A DNA stretch of 64,000 nt from Coriobacteriia bacterium (lineage in GTDB: Bacteria > Actinomycetota > Coriobacteriia > Coriobacteriales > UBA8131): assembly GCA_009776725.1 (NCBI GenBank), contig WRNE01000004.1, positions 27,219-91,218 of the forward strand, written 5' to 3'. A program made the position numbers and the translations under genes. Shown here piece after piece: positions 18,810-29,729 of the stretch. Under the pieces are notes generated by a model that was not told the origin of the DNA, searched no databases, and saw only the letters and a program-made list of their open reading frames with translations. The first letter of the stretch is position 1. Each line of letters opens with the position of its first letter.

Positions 18810-18962
18810 GTGTAATGTTTTTTGTAGAACCAGATGATGCTTGTGAGAAATTTATGGTGAAACCGGTAAATAACATTTGGGGCTGTGAGTTGAGTGAACA
18901 TTTCCTCACTCGCAAACGCCGGGAATAATCAGGCATAATTGTCTTATTCTCACAATTTCACA
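18810..18962. other. second DnaA-box cluster in the dnaA-dnaN spacer
   Basis: TGTGAAGAA (18810), TGTGAGAAA (18842), TGTGAGTTG (18884) and ATTCTCACAATTTCACA (18946..18962), followed by an AT-rich stretch before dnaN. Confidence 0.5.
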
Positions 18963-19013
18963 AGCCTTATTATTACTACAGATTTATATAAACTAATAAT
19001 AGAAAGGATGAAC

Positions 19014-20111
19014 ATGAAGTTTGTTATTGAAAAGAATCAGCTACTGAGCTCCCTTTCAGCAGTCTCTAAAGGAATGTCTGCAAGGTCTACCATGCCAATA
19101 CTCTCAGGGGTATTAATGATAGTCGAAGAAGGCTTACTTACTTTGCGGACAACCGACCTAGAGATATCAATCCAAAACCAAACGCCGGCAATGGTTGAGA
19201 CCCCAGGGGAAACGGTAGTTCCTGGAAGGTTGTTTACTGATATCGTAAAGACCCTCCCTGAAGCCTCGGTCACAATCGAAGACTCAGGCTCTGGTCTTGA
19301 TATTACTAGTGGGGACAGTTTCTTTTCGCTTAATACTTTAAATCCTTTAGATTATCCCAATTTTCCAAAAGTCGACAAAGAGCGCCAAATAACAATCGAA
19401 GCAAAAGACCTTCAGCGTATGATAAAACGGGCCTCCAAAGCTGTATCACGCGACGAGTCACGCCCTGTACTGAAGGGCGTGCTGCTAAAAATACAAGAGG
19501 GGAGCATGTCTCTGGTTGCCACCGACTCGTACAGGCTGGCTGTTGTAGATAAAACCATCGAGAACGAAAGCGACTTCGAACTGATCGTCCCCGGAGAGGT
19601 TTTAGAGGAAATCGCCAAGATCAGCTCACCTGACGATGTTGTAACAATCACCGAAGCTGAAAACCAAATAATGTTCGAGGTAGGCCAAACAGTCTTTGTG
19701 AGTAGAAAGATCGAGGGAAACTATCCAAATTACGAAGCCCTAATCCCTAGTGACAGTATCCTCTGTTCTACGATAAACACAAGTACGTTCTACCAGGCAG
19801 TCAAGAGAGTTTCTTTGGCCAGCCATCCCAACGGCCCCATGAAATTAGTTTTCGACCCTATTAAGCAAAAGCTAACGATTAGCTCTAAGACAGTGGACAG
19901 GGCAAGCGGAAGCGAGACTATAGAAGCCCATATTGAGGGTGAATACCTGGAAATCGGTTTTAACCATCAATATATTGCAGACGGCTTAAGCGTCATTGAA
20001 GAAGACGAGATACTCTTTGAGACACAAGGCCCAATGAAGGCAGGAGTTATCAAGACCAACGGCGAAGATAGTTTTCTGTACTTGACGATGCCTCTTCGGG
20101 TAGACATATAG
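19014..20111 (+). CDS. dnaN: DNA polymerase III beta sliding clamp
   Basis: MKFVIEKNQLL... start at ATG 19014 after GAAAGGA (the track ORF extends to 18939). Three-domain clamp length of 366 aa. Confidence 0.93.
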   Translation: MKFVIEKNQLLSSLSAVSKGMSARSTMPILSGVLMIVEEGLLTLRTTDLEISIQNQTPAMVETPGETVVPGRLFTDIVKTLPEASVTIEDSGSGLDITSGDSFFSLNTLNPLDYPNFPKVDKERQITIEAKDLQRMIKRASKAVSRDESRPVLKGVLLKIQEGSMSLVATDSYRLAVVDKTIENESDFELIVPGEVLEEIAKISSPDDVVTITEAENQIMFEVGQTVFVSRKIEGNYPNYEALIPSDSILCSTINTSTFYQAVKRVSLASHPNGPMKLVFDPIKQKLTISSKTVDRASGSETIEAHIEGEYLEIGFNHQYIADGLSVIEEDEILFETQGPMKAGVIKTNGEDSFLYLTMPLRVDI

Positions 20112-20138
20112 CGGGTAAGCCATTGAAACTGAGAGCCG

Positions 20139-21263
20139 ATGGGCTTCTTGTTAAAAAGACTTGAGTTACATGATTTTCGTAACCACCAAGCCTTATCCTT
20201 TACTAGCGACGCTGGAGTTATCGTTGTTGTGGGAGCGAACGCAAGCGGCAAGTCTAGCATCTTAGAAGCAATTCAGCTTTTATGTGGGTTCGATAGTTTT
20301 CGCACCTCCAGTTGGCACGACCTAGTTCGAATCAACCAAGAAACGTGTCGAATAATTGGCGATTTCCAAGAAGCAGACAGGTCATATAACGTAGAAATGC
20401 TGGTCGTTGACGGTAAAAGACAATACCTTTTCAACGGAAAAAAAAGACGGCTAGGCGATATGACCGGAGTCATACCAATCGTGCTTTTTACTCCAGACGA
20501 CCTTGATTTGATAAAAGGCGCTCCCGAGCAAAGAAGGCTATGTTTCGACAGCATTGGCAAGAGGCTTTCCAAACAATACAAGAAAATCTACCAAGATTAC
20601 GCAAAGACACTAAGCCAACGGAACTCGATTCTGCGGGAGCGGCAAAAAAACCGCATGATCGACGAGCCGCCAAGGCCTGAAGAGCTTGTCTGGGAAGAGC
20701 ATCTGGCTGACCTTGGTGCCTTGTTAACAGTGAATAGGTACAAGCTTTATTCAAGGCTTATGAAGTATGCAAAGGAGCATTATGCCCATTTATCAGGGGG
20801 AGAAACCCTTGACTCTGCCTACCTGCCTTCCTATGACAAAAACGAAGCCATCGGTCTTCTCCACATACCTGAAACGAACGAGGTGAAGTCATTGATGCTT
20901 GAAGCAATGGAGACCCGCCGAAGGGAGGAATACCTTCGCGGTGTCTCCCTGGTAGGCCCGCAGCGAGACGAAATCAGTTTTTTCGTTGATGGCCGAGAGG
21001 CGCGAAGCTACGCTTCCCAAGGCCAGCAAAGAAGCGTTGCCCTGGCGCTGAAGATGGCAGAGCTCGATGTTTGCCGTGATATTACTGCCAATGACGCGAT
21101 ATTGTTGCTTGACGACGTGCTCTCAGAGCTTGACTTGACCAGAAGGCAGAGCCTGCTTTCACTAAGCAGCAATGTCGGGCAGTGTTTTATCACGACTGCC
21201 GATCTGAGGGTTATTCCCGACCAGTTCCTTTCGTCGGCTAATATAATAGAGTTAAAGCGGTAA
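20139..21263 (+). CDS. recF: DNA replication/repair protein RecF
   Basis: 374 aa. Walker A GANASGKSSILEA, signature SQGQQRSVALALK, Walker B ILLLDDVLSELD. Confidence 0.92.
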   Translation: MGFLLKRLELHDFRNHQALSFTSDAGVIVVVGANASGKSSILEAIQLLCGFDSFRTSSWHDLVRINQETCRIIGDFQEADRSYNVEMLVVDGKRQYLFNGKKRRLGDMTGVIPIVLFTPDDLDLIKGAPEQRRLCFDSIGKRLSKQYKKIYQDYAKTLSQRNSILRERQKNRMIDEPPRPEELVWEEHLADLGALLTVNRYKLYSRLMKYAKEHYAHLSGGETLDSAYLPSYDKNEAIGLLHIPETNEVKSLMLEAMETRRREEYLRGVSLVGPQRDEISFFVDGREARSYASQGQQRSVALALKMAELDVCRDITANDAILLLDDVLSELDLTRRQSLLSLSSNVGQCFITTADLRVIPDQFLSSANIIELKR

Positions 21264-21289
21264 AGGGACTGGAGAAGGCAATCAGGGTT

Positions 21290-21817
21290 TTGCTTATGCT
21301 AACGATTCAAGAGCACATAGATGATTTTTTGCATGAGCATACCAGTAGCGCGACTAGGGATGCCTTAGCCTTGCGGAAGGCTTGGGAGATTGTTGCCGGG
21401 GAGAAGATATCGAGTGTTACCGGTGCGGTCTTCTACGACAAGAAAAATCCAAATATCATAGTCATTTATACAATTAGCTCGCTTCATAAAGCCGAACTCG
21501 AAGCGGATAAGGAGATATATCGCCTGATGTTGACACGCAAATTGCGATTAGCTGACGAAGATCCTATCGAAGATGTGAAGTTTGCTGTCAGCCAAAACAA
21601 GGCTATGCGGAAGGCTGTCCCTAAAGACCGCGTTTTAGAAAAAGCCAACAAGGTCCAAACAGTCCCCCTGAGTGCCCAAGAGAAGGAAAAGGCTTGGGAG
21701 AGCCTCTCTGGAATAGAGAACGAGGAATTAAAAATGAGCCTTTATAAGGCAACGATCTCTAACGTAGAATGGAAAAAGGGTAGAGAGGTATCAAACACGT
21801 CTCAGAAGCGTTTCTAA
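21290..21817 (+). CDS. DUF721-type protein (recF-gyrB intergenic gene typical of Actinomycetota)
   Basis: 175 aa. The position between recF and gyrB and the N-terminal ...ALRKAWEIVAGEKISSVT... fit the DUF721 family. TTG 21290 or ATG 21296 could be the start. Confidence 0.65.
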   Translation: MLMLTIQEHIDDFLHEHTSSATRDALALRKAWEIVAGEKISSVTGAVFYDKKNPNIIVIYTISSLHKAELEADKEIYRLMLTRKLRLADEDPIEDVKFAVSQNKAMRKAVPKDRVLEKANKVQTVPLSAQEKEKAWESLSGIENEELKMSLYKATISNVEWKKGREVSNTSQKRF

Positions 21818-21943
21818 TGCGATTAAAATAGGGATATCATCAAAGTTTGAAACAGCATTCGTGATATAATCATAGTGCACATAAAATAGCAGGTTGAAGC
21901 GATGCTATTACGCTTGCTTCACAAACATAATAAGGAGAGAAAA

Positions 21944-23929
21944 GTGTGCGCTGATACAACGATAGAAATGTGCGATGCTGCGCCGGTTATAAGCAAAACA
22001 ACAGGAGAATACACTGAAAAAGACATACAGGTGCTTGAAGGGCTTGAAGCGGTTCGGATGCGCCCCAGTATGTATATTGGCTCGACTGGGCCACGTGGGC
22101 TGCACCACTTGATATATGAGGTAGTCGATAACTCTATAGACGAGGTCATGGCGGGACACGCTGACCGTATAGAGGTCACCATCCATAAAGACAATTCAGT
22201 AAGCGTGATCGACAACGGACGCGGGATCCCGGTGGGCAAACACCCGAAAATGAAAATGTCTACCTTAGAGGTAGTGATGACAATACTGCACGCCGGAGGA
22301 AAGTTCGGTGGAGAGGGATATAAGGTCTCAGGCGGCCTGCACGGGGTAGGGGTCAGTGTGGTCAACGCCCTCTCCTCCCGTCTAGAAGTGGATGTTGCCA
22401 GAGACGGGTACAACTGGACTATGTCCTTTGAGCGGGGAAAGACAGTAGGCAAGATACAACAAAACGGGAAGACTAAGAAGACTGGCACGAAGACACGCTT
22501 TTGGGCTGACCCGGAGATCTTCGAGACGACCGAGTATGACCATGAGACTATTGCTACCAGGCTCCGCGAAATGGCTTTTTTGAATAAGAACACAAAGATC
22601 ATATTTACAGACGAGAGAATGCCTTCAATCGACAAAGACGCTCCTGCTGGAGAATGCTTCACTGAGACTTTGCAGTACAGTGGGGGAATCATCGACTTCG
22701 TAAAGTATATAAACGAGGGTAAGAACATCTTGCCTGGGCTGAACAAGCCTATATATTTCTCGGCGGTCCAAGAAGGCGTTGGCGAGATAGAGTTCGCCTT
22801 GCAGTGGAACGAGGGCCATTATGAGACAACAATGGCTTTTGCCAACAACATACATACAGCAGAAGGCGGTACTCATTTAGAGGGTTTTAAGAACGGTATA
22901 ACCCGCGTAGTCAACGACTATGCTAAGAGCAAGAACATGCTAAAGGAAAAAGAAGACAATATGATCGGCGAAGACATTCGCTCTGGCTTAGCTTGCATCA
23001 TCTCGGTAAAACTGACTGATCCCCAATTCGAGGGCCAGACCAAAACCAAGCTTGGGAATACCGAGGTGAGGGCTTTGGCACAGTCCGTGGTAACGCAAGG
23101 GCTTGCTGAATTCCTTGAAGAGCATCCTAACCCTGCTCGGGCGATAGTCACGAAAGCACTCGAGGAAAAGAGGGTCAGAGAGGCAGTCAACAAGCTTAAA
23201 CAGACTGCTCGAAAACAAAAAGAGACCTCTCTGCCAGGCAAACTTGCCGACTGTTCGATCAAGGATCCTGAGCTGATAGAGATATACATTGTCGAGGGAG
23301 ACTCCGCAGGGGGCTCTGCCAAACAGGCGCGCGAACGTTCCTTCCAGGCGGTTTTGCCGCTTAGGGGCAAGATATTAAATATCGAGAGGGCCAATCTTCA
23401 TAAGATGCTTTCCTCGGAAACCATAAATACCCTGATTACTGCCTTAGGCACCGGTATCGGAGAAGACTTCGATATAGAAAAAGCCCGTTACCACAAAGTC
23501 ATCATCATGACCGACGCCGATGTCGACGGGGCCCATATCAGGACTTTGCTCTTAACGTTCTTTTTCCGCTATATGCCAGCACTGATCGAGCACGGCTACA
23601 TCTACATTGCCCAGCCTCCGCTATACCGACTGTCGATCGGTAGAAAGCATGAGTATATATACCGAGAAGAGCAGCTGCAGCAAAGCCTGTCCGATATCTC
23701 ATCAGAGACAAGGTACTCCATACAGCGTTATAAGGGCCTTGGCGAAATGGACCCCGAGCAGTTGTGGGAGACGACCATGGAGCCCTCCAACCGCACACTG
23801 CTTAAAGTAACAATGGACGATGCCTTGTATGCTGAAAAAGTCGTAAGCGACCTGATGGGCGATGCTGTTGAGCCCCGCCGCGAGTTTATCCAAAGCCATG
23901 CTAAAGATGTACGGTTCCTTGACATCTAG
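21944..23929 (+). CDS. gyrB: DNA gyrase subunit B
   Basis: GTG 21944 follows AAGGAGAG (the track ORF starts at 21902). VLEGLEAVRMRPSMYIG, GGLHGVG, EGDSAGGSAKQ, PLRGKILN, IMTDADVDGAHI. Confidence 0.95.
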   Translation: MCADTTIEMCDAAPVISKTTGEYTEKDIQVLEGLEAVRMRPSMYIGSTGPRGLHHLIYEVVDNSIDEVMAGHADRIEVTIHKDNSVSVIDNGRGIPVGKHPKMKMSTLEVVMTILHAGGKFGGEGYKVSGGLHGVGVSVVNALSSRLEVDVARDGYNWTMSFERGKTVGKIQQNGKTKKTGTKTRFWADPEIFETTEYDHETIATRLREMAFLNKNTKIIFTDERMPSIDKDAPAGECFTETLQYSGGIIDFVKYINEGKNILPGLNKPIYFSAVQEGVGEIEFALQWNEGHYETTMAFANNIHTAEGGTHLEGFKNGITRVVNDYAKSKNMLKEKEDNMIGEDIRSGLACIISVKLTDPQFEGQTKTKLGNTEVRALAQSVVTQGLAEFLEEHPNPARAIVTKALEEKRVREAVNKLKQTARKQKETSLPGKLADCSIKDPELIEIYIVEGDSAGGSAKQARERSFQAVLPLRGKILNIERANLHKMLSSETINTLITALGTGIGEDFDIEKARYHKVIIMTDADVDGAHIRTLLLTFFFRYMPALIEHGYIYIAQPPLYRLSIGRKHEYIYREEQLQQSLSDISSETRYSIQRYKGLGEMDPEQLWETTMEPSNRTLLKVTMDDALYAEKVVSDLMGDAVEPRREFIQSHAKDVRFLDI

Positions 23930-23965
23930 TATCTGCGCAAAACCTAAATAGAAAGAAGGCATTGT

Positions 23966-26548
23966 ATGTCTGACAGTATCACCCAGGGAATGGACTTAAC
24001 TGGGAGTAATATAGAGTCAGCTGAAATATCTAAAGAGATGCGTACCAGCTTTTTAGAGTATTCGATGAGTGTAATAGTCGCCAGGGCCTTGCCTGATGTC
24101 CGCGACGGTCTGAAGCCGGTGCACCGTCGTATTCTCTATGGTATGAGCGAAAGCGGCATAACCCCTGGTAGGCCGCATAAGAAGTCTGCCTGGACAGTGG
24201 GAGAGGTTCTTGGCAAGTACCACCCACATGGCGATGCTGCAGTCTATGACACCATGGTACGTATGGCGCAGGACTTTTCCATGCGCCTGCCCTTGATTGA
24301 CGGGCATGGCAACTTCGGGTCGATGGACGGCGACTCGGCTGCCCATATGCGGTACACCGAAGCCCGCTTGCAACGGGTAGCCATGGAGCTTTTACGTGAT
24401 CTGGACAAGGACACAGTCGACTTCCAACCAAACTACGACGAGTCTTTGACCGAGCCCAGCGTCCTGCCAGCACGATTTCCGAACTTACTGGCAAACGGCT
24501 CTCAAGGCATTGCAGTCGGGATGGCTACCAATATACCGCCCCATAACCTGGGCGAGCTGATCGATGCAGTCTCAATGCTTTTGGACAAGCCTGAGACGAG
24601 TATCGACGAGTTGCTTGAAGTATTGCCTGGGCCAGACTTTCCGACCGGGGGGCTGGTCATGGGCAGGCAAGGCATCGATGACTACTTCAGAAAGGGACGG
24701 GGCTCCCTTGTTATCCGCGCTAGGGCAAAGATTGAAAAAACCTCAAACGGGAGGGACCGTATTATTTTCGACGAGCTCCCTTACCTTGTCAACAAAGCCA
24801 AGCTGGAAGAGAAGATCGAAGAGCTGCGCCGGGACAAAAAGCTGCCGGATGTGGCTTTGGTGCGAGACGAAAGCGACCGAAAAGGAATGCGGCTGATGGT
24901 CGAGCTTCATCAGGGCGCCATTCCCCAGATTACGTTGAACCAGATTTACAAACACACCCAAGCGCAAAACAGCTTCGGGGTGATCATGTTGGCCCTAGTT
25001 GACGGTGTTCCGCGGATTTTGAATATCAAAGAGGCCTTGGAACACTATATCAACCATCAAGAAGAGATCATTACGCGACGGACTCGCTATGACTTGCATA
25101 AAGCAGAAGACAGGGCCCACATACTAGAAGGCATGATCATTGCTCTAGACAATATCGACGAAGTCATTAACATCATTAGGTCATCCAGCGATGACACTGA
25201 GGCAAAAGTAGCCTTAATGGAACGCTTTGGACTCACCGAGACGCAAACAGAGGCCATCCTAGAAATGCGCCTTCGGCGTCTGACAGGGCTTGAGCGCCAA
25301 AAACTGGAAGCCGAGCTCGATGAGTTACTCGATCAAATTGCCTGGTATAGGCAAATCCTAGGCGATAAGCACATCGTCCACGACATCATCAAAGAAGAGC
25401 TTCAAGAAATTAAACAAAGATACAACACCCCTCGCCGGACCGAGCTTGCCGACGAGGCCCGCGACCTCGGAGTCGAGGACTTGATCACCGAAGAAGACAT
25501 GGTGGTGACGATCACCCGTAGCGGCTATGTAAAAAGCCTGCCTGTGGCAACCTACCGTCAACAACGGCGAGGCGGGAAAGGCTTGCAAGGGGTGAACCTG
25601 AAAGACGACGACTTCGTCGAGCATCTTTTTATCGCCAGCACGCATGACTACATGCTGTTCTTCTCCACATTTGGAAAAGTCTACCGCCTGAAAGTACACG
25701 AGCTGCCAGTTGGCAGCAGACATGCCCGGGGGAGTGCCGTAGTCAACCTCTTGCCCTTTGAGGCAGGGGAGAAGATTGCCGCGGTAATCGCCACAAAGGA
25801 CTTTCCCAAAGACGAGTACCTGCTTTTTGCCACTGAAAACGGCATGGTCAAGAAAACCTCGATGAGCGCATACACTAACTCTAGGGCAAACGGCTTGATA
25901 GCTATAAACCTTCGTGAAGACGATGCCCTGATTGCTGTTCGGCGAGTCAAGACTGGGGAGAAGGTCGTGATGGTCTCCTCCGCAGGAAAAGCGATCAAGT
26001 TCGATGAGAACGAGGTACGCCCGATGGGCCGCGATACTAGTGGGGTGATCGGGATGAAGCCTGGCAAGGATGCAAAAGTCCTAGGCATGGAGATTGCGCC
26101 GCAAGGCAGTGACCTGTTTGTGATCACCGACAATGGTTACGGCAAACGTACGCCGATTGGCGAGTATACAGAGCACCACAGAGGCGGTCAGGGCGTCTCA
26201 ACGATCAGCATGACTGAAAAAAAGGGCAGGCTAGCCGGTATGAAGGTCGTTCAGTCCGGACACGAGCTGATGATCATTTCAGAAGAAGGCGTGGTCTTGC
26301 GGGTCGGGGCAACAGACGTCTCTTTACAAGGGCGGGTCACGCAAGGCGTCAGAGTAATGAATATCAATGAAACCGACAGGGTGAGCGCTGTAGCACGGGT
26401 AGTGGGTACCAGACAACGTGCCACGACCGGTGAGTTAGAGACAGCTGACAGCGACTTCGATGAGATAGAGGATGCCGGCCAATCGACAGACGAAGCACTT
26501 GAGGACGACAACATAAGTATCGAGCAAGTTAGTTCGGATGATGAATAA
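23966..26548 (+). CDS. gyrA: DNA gyrase subunit A
   Basis: 860 aa. [34 protein letters not shown] (QRDR), [11 protein letters not shown] active-site Tyr, beta-pinwheel C-terminal repeats, acidic tail. Confidence 0.96.
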   Translation: MSDSITQGMDLTGSNIESAEISKEMRTSFLEYSMSVIVARALPDVRDGLKPVHRRILYGMSESGITPGRPHKKSAWTVGEVLGKYHPHGDAAVYDTMVRMAQDFSMRLPLIDGHGNFGSMDGDSAAHMRYTEARLQRVAMELLRDLDKDTVDFQPNYDESLTEPSVLPARFPNLLANGSQGIAVGMATNIPPHNLGELIDAVSMLLDKPETSIDELLEVLPGPDFPTGGLVMGRQGIDDYFRKGRGSLVIRARAKIEKTSNGRDRIIFDELPYLVNKAKLEEKIEELRRDKKLPDVALVRDESDRKGMRLMVELHQGAIPQITLNQIYKHTQAQNSFGVIMLALVDGVPRILNIKEALEHYINHQEEIITRRTRYDLHKAEDRAHILEGMIIALDNIDEVINIIRSSSDDTEAKVALMERFGLTETQTEAILEMRLRRLTGLERQKLEAELDELLDQIAWYRQILGDKHIVHDIIKEELQEIKQRYNTPRRTELADEARDLGVEDLITEEDMVVTITRSGYVKSLPVATYRQQRRGGKGLQGVNLKDDDFVEHLFIASTHDYMLFFSTFGKVYRLKVHELPVGSRHARGSAVVNLLPFEAGEKIAAVIATKDFPKDEYLLFATENGMVKKTSMSAYTNSRANGLIAINLREDDALIAVRRVKTGEKVVMVSSAGKAIKFDENEVRPMGRDTSGVIGMKPGKDAKVLGMEIAPQGSDLFVITDNGYGKRTPIGEYTEHHRGGQGVSTISMTEKKGRLAGMKVVQSGHELMIISEEGVVLRVGATDVSLQGRVTQGVRVMNINETDRVSAVARVVGTRQRATTGELETADSDFDEIEDAGQSTDEALEDDNISIEQVSSDDE

Positions 26549-27243
26549 TGGAAGACCCCTGTGGAGCCGAGGATCCAGCAGCTAAATACTACTCAGCACT
26601 CCTTTTTGACCTGGACGGTACGATCCTTGATACAAGGGCTTTGATACTAGCGTCCTATCATTACGCTTGCGACAAGGTCTTGAAATATCGCTTGCCCGAT
26701 GAGCCACTGTTAGAGCTTATTGGGATACCGCTAACTGAACAAATGAAAAAGCTGGTACCAGCAGAGCAGGTCGAGGCAATGGTGTCGGCTTATCGAGAGC
26801 ATAACGCCATAGGCCAAACCGAATACCTTGACTGTTTTCCCAATACCCATGAAACATTGGCAACATTTGCTGAAGCTGGTTGGCCTTTGGCTTTGGTCAC
26901 TTCGAAAATAAACTCGTCAGCACGAGAAGGCCTGGAAGCTTTTGACCTGTTAAGGTACTTTGATCTCTTGATCGGCTTTGACGATACCGAAAAGCACAAG
27001 CCTGACCCTGAGCCCCTTTTGCTGGCTGCTTCGACTTTAAAGATAAGTCCCGAAAAATGCGTTTATATCGGAGACAGCATCTACGACATGCAAGCAGCAA
27101 AAGCCGCTGGAATGCTAGCAATCGGAGCGCTTTGGGGCTTTTCCACAATTGACCTGCTCTTGGAAGCAGGAGCTGATTTGGTTGTCAGCCAGACCAGCAT
27201 GCTGCCTCAAGCTCTAAGCTTTCTTCAGTACGAGGAGGCTTGA
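26548..27243 (+). CDS. HAD-superfamily hydrolase (phosphoglycolate phosphatase/PpaX-like)
   Basis: 231 aa. Motif I LLFDLDGTILDT, motif II VTSK, motif III/IV K...YIGDSIYDMQAA. The ATG overlaps the gyrA stop by 1 nt. Confidence 0.8.
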   Translation: MEDPCGAEDPAAKYYSALLFDLDGTILDTRALILASYHYACDKVLKYRLPDEPLLELIGIPLTEQMKKLVPAEQVEAMVSAYREHNAIGQTEYLDCFPNTHETLATFAEAGWPLALVTSKINSSAREGLEAFDLLRYFDLLIGFDDTEKHKPDPEPLLLAASTLKISPEKCVYIGDSIYDMQAAKAAGMLAIGALWGFSTIDLLLEAGADLVVSQTSMLPQALSFLQYEEA

Positions 27244-27291
27244 TATCGAAGCGAAGTCGTGTTTATAACTGTGATTTGTTTGTGCGGTCTC

Positions 27292-27822
27292 TTAGGAAGA
27301 CTTAAAGTCTTCCGGTGAGACTGAGTCCAGAAAAGCCCTGAACTCCTCAATGTCTTGCTCGTCGATGGCGGCAGATTCGCGGTTCGGCAAGAAGGGACGC
27401 GAGGCGTCTTCCATGACTTGTTCGTCAACATAGATATTAGCCATCGACCGTACTGCTAAGGCTATGGAGTCTGAAGGCCGGGCATCGATCTCAATAGTCT
27501 TATCGCCCTGGGTCAAAAAAACGGTAGCATAAAAAGTCGAGCCATCCACACGGTTGATCAAGATGGAGTCAATCTCACCATCAAGCGCCTCGATTGCTGT
27601 AGCCAAAAGGTCGTGAGTCATAGGACGCTGGTTCTGGGCACCTTCCAGGGCGACCCCGATCGAAGCAGCCTCACTTGGGCCAATCCAAATAGGCAGCACT
27701 CTTTTTTCACTAATATTGGGACTCTCATCCATTGGCCTCAGGATGATCACAGAAGGGGACGGCGGGATACCAACCATCAAGGTATCAATACGAACTAAAA
27801 TCATGGTGCCAGTATAGCGCAT
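27292..27822 (-). CDS. bifunctional nuclease (DUF151/BFN) family protein
   Basis: 176 aa. VLPIWIGPSEAASI...RPMTHDLL...ARPSDSIALAVR, typical of the family. The start could be ATG 27804. Confidence 0.75.
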   Translation of the reverse strand: MRYTGTMILVRIDTLMVGIPPSPSVIILRPMDESPNISEKRVLPIWIGPSEAASIGVALEGAQNQRPMTHDLLATAIEALDGEIDSILINRVDGSTFYATVFLTQGDKTIEIDARPSDSIALAVRSMANIYVDEQVMEDASRPFLPNRESAAIDEQDIEEFRAFLDSVSPEDFKSS

Positions 27823-27858
27823 GCCTGTATTGCCTTGTGCTACTATTAGGGATGTTTA

Positions 27859-27933
27859 GCGGGTGTCGCCAAGCGGTAAGGCATAAGCTTCCCAAGCTTA
27901 CACTCGCGGGTTCGAGTCCCGTCACCCGCTCCA
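27859..27933 (+). tRNA. tRNA-Gly (anticodon CCC)
   Basis: Acceptor GCGGGTG/CACCCGC. Anticodon arm TAAGC-TTCCCAA-GCTTA. T-arm CGGGTTCGAGTCCCG. Encoded CCA end. Confidence 0.9.
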
Positions 27934-28195
27934 TTGTTTTGTGCCAAAGGTCTTCAAGCTGGCCAAGCCAAGGCTTTACAAGTGCTTGCATCAAGACAAT
28001 GATTAGGTTTTCAATAACAATCCATATTTTGAACAATATAAAGCAAAGAGGCTGTGAATGAAGCAGGCCTTCTTTGTATGACAACAAGCCTTTTGGTGCC
28101 AGCAACGAAAAATTAATTAAAAACCTCAAATTCAGCCTTGCGAAGAAGATATTATAGTGATATCATTACGATATCGATCTTATAGGAGGTGCATT

Positions 28196-29215
28196 ATGGA
28201 TGTAAGAATTCAACAAGAAAGAATCCTGCGGCCTTTAAACGGGGTAGTAATGCTCATAGTTATCATCGCAGGATTCATTGTGTCAACTGTTACCTTAGTA
28301 TATGGAATCATTCTGTTGGACAGCAGCAATTCGGCAACCGGTGGTTTAGTTTTCACCCTGTCAATGGTGGCTTGGCTGGTTTTGAGTCTTTTATGCCCAG
28401 GCTTGAAGATACTTAGGCCAAACGAGGCAAGGGTCTTTACCTTGCTGGGCAGATACTACGGGACACTTAAGACGGCTGGATACTATTTTGTAAACCCGCT
28501 CTGTGTCTCTTTCAGCCCTGACTACAATGCAGCAAAAGCAGCCAGTCTGAAGAAGATGAAGGATGTAAAGGCCCAAGGCGGGATCGATATGGAAACTCCA
28601 CGGGTTCCTAAAACAGTTTCCTTAAAGACCCAAACCCTAGACAACGGCCTGCAAAAAGTAAACGATGTTTTGGGCAACCCCATTATTATTGGAGCCATCG
28701 TCATCTGGAGGATAGAGAACCCGACCCAAGCAGTCTTTGCTGTGGAGAACTACCATGACTACTTAGGAATTCAAACTGATTCTACAATTCGCAATACCGC
28801 CCGTCTTTATCCATATGATGTCTTTTCGGAAGATGAGAACGATGAGGGTATTCGGGAGAAGACCTTGCGGGGAAGCGCTCAAGAAATCGCTGAGACAATG
28901 GAGACGGAGTTAAGAAAACGGGTTGCTGATGCAGGGCTTTCTATAGTAGAGGTGAGAATCACCCATCTAGCCTATGCTGAAGAGATCGCAGCTGCCATGC
29001 TGCAAAGGCAACAAGCCTCTGCAATAATAGCTGCCCGACAGAAAATCGTCGATGGAGCTGTTGGAATGGTAAAAATGGCAATCGATAAGCTAAGCGAAGA
29101 CAGTATCGTATTGCTTGATGAAGAGCGTAAGGCTGCTATGGTTTCGAACTTACTGGTTGTGCTTTGCGGCAATCGTGACGCTTCTCCGATCGTCAATACT
29201 GGATCGATTTTCTAA
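28196..29215 (+). CDS. SPFH/Band-7 domain membrane protein
   Basis: ATG 28196 after AGGAGGTG. Two N-terminal TM helices, then an SPFH-like core and an A/Q-rich helix (EEIAAAMLQRQQASAIIAARQKIV). Confidence 0.75.
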   Translation: MDVRIQQERILRPLNGVVMLIVIIAGFIVSTVTLVYGIILLDSSNSATGGLVFTLSMVAWLVLSLLCPGLKILRPNEARVFTLLGRYYGTLKTAGYYFVNPLCVSFSPDYNAAKAASLKKMKDVKAQGGIDMETPRVPKTVSLKTQTLDNGLQKVNDVLGNPIIIGAIVIWRIENPTQAVFAVENYHDYLGIQTDSTIRNTARLYPYDVFSEDENDEGIREKTLRGSAQEIAETMETELRKRVADAGLSIVEVRITHLAYAEEIAAAMLQRQQASAIIAARQKIVDGAVGMVKMAIDKLSEDSIVLLDEERKAAMVSNLLVVLCGNRDASPIVNTGSIF

Positions 29216-29240
29216 GTTTTAAAAAAGAAAGAAGAGCCTC

Positions 29241-29489
29241 ATGGATATTGACAGCCGAGAAGAACAGCTTCAAGAACGATTAGAGCAGATCAAAGAGCTA
29301 GAAGAAGAGATCCGCAAACGCGAAAAGGCCTTAAAAGAGACGGAAAAGGAAAAAAAGCAGGTGCTTTTGAGGTTGGCTCCCGGTCTTTGGCAACAAATCG
29401 CCCAATGGGCAGAAGACGAGTACCGGTCGATCAACAGCCAAATCGAGTACATTTTAAACGAAGCAGTCAAAAACAACCGAAAAGTCTAA
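29241..29489 (+). CDS. small coiled-coil + Arc/ribbon-helix-helix-like protein
   Basis: 82 aa. E/K-rich N-terminal helix. C-terminal VLLRLAPGLWQQIAQWAEDEYRSINSQIEYILNEAV resembles Arc-type RHH. Confidence 0.5.
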   Translation: MDIDSREEQLQERLEQIKELEEEIRKREKALKETEKEKKQVLLRLAPGLWQQIAQWAEDEYRSINSQIEYILNEAVKNNRKV

Positions 29490-29511
29490 ACGACCTAGAA
29501 GGTATATACAC

Positions 29512-29556
29512 AAAGAGCCTATCAGATGTCTAACACGGTAGGCTCTTTCTTTGTTT
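29512..29556 (+). terminator. intrinsic terminator after the SPFH/RHH pair
   Basis: AAAGAGCCTA (29512..29521) pairs with TAGGCTCTTT (29539..29548), followed by CTTTGTTT. Confidence 0.6.
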
Positions 29557-29729
29557 GGTGACAGCTTGTGTATTCGCCCAAACCCAAGACAAAGTCTCAA
29601 TGTGGTCAGTGTGTTTAAACACCGCTTAGCTCTTTTTCGCTATCCTGTACTTATAAATAATGGGCTTTATGTATAAAGCAGGTTTATTGAAAAAAAGAGC
29701 TAAGTCAATTTGTAAGGAGTAACAAGACT

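Noticed and set aside
21908-23962. Long antisense ORFs within gyrB (e.g. 21919..22746, 275 aa; 22918..23394, 158 aa).
   Set aside because: These are shadow ORFs opposite a highly conserved gene. Their S/P/C-rich composition is typical of antisense frames, and none has an RBS.
24030-26514. Antisense or alternative-frame ORFs within gyrA (24030..24494, 25358..25723, 25681..26133 and others).
   Set aside because: Same reasoning as for gyrB: the gyrA frame is unambiguous and these ORFs have no independent support.
27785-28129. Track ORFs 27785..28129 (minus) and 27837..28061 (plus).
   Set aside because: Both overlap tRNA-Gly(CCC). There are no coding signals.
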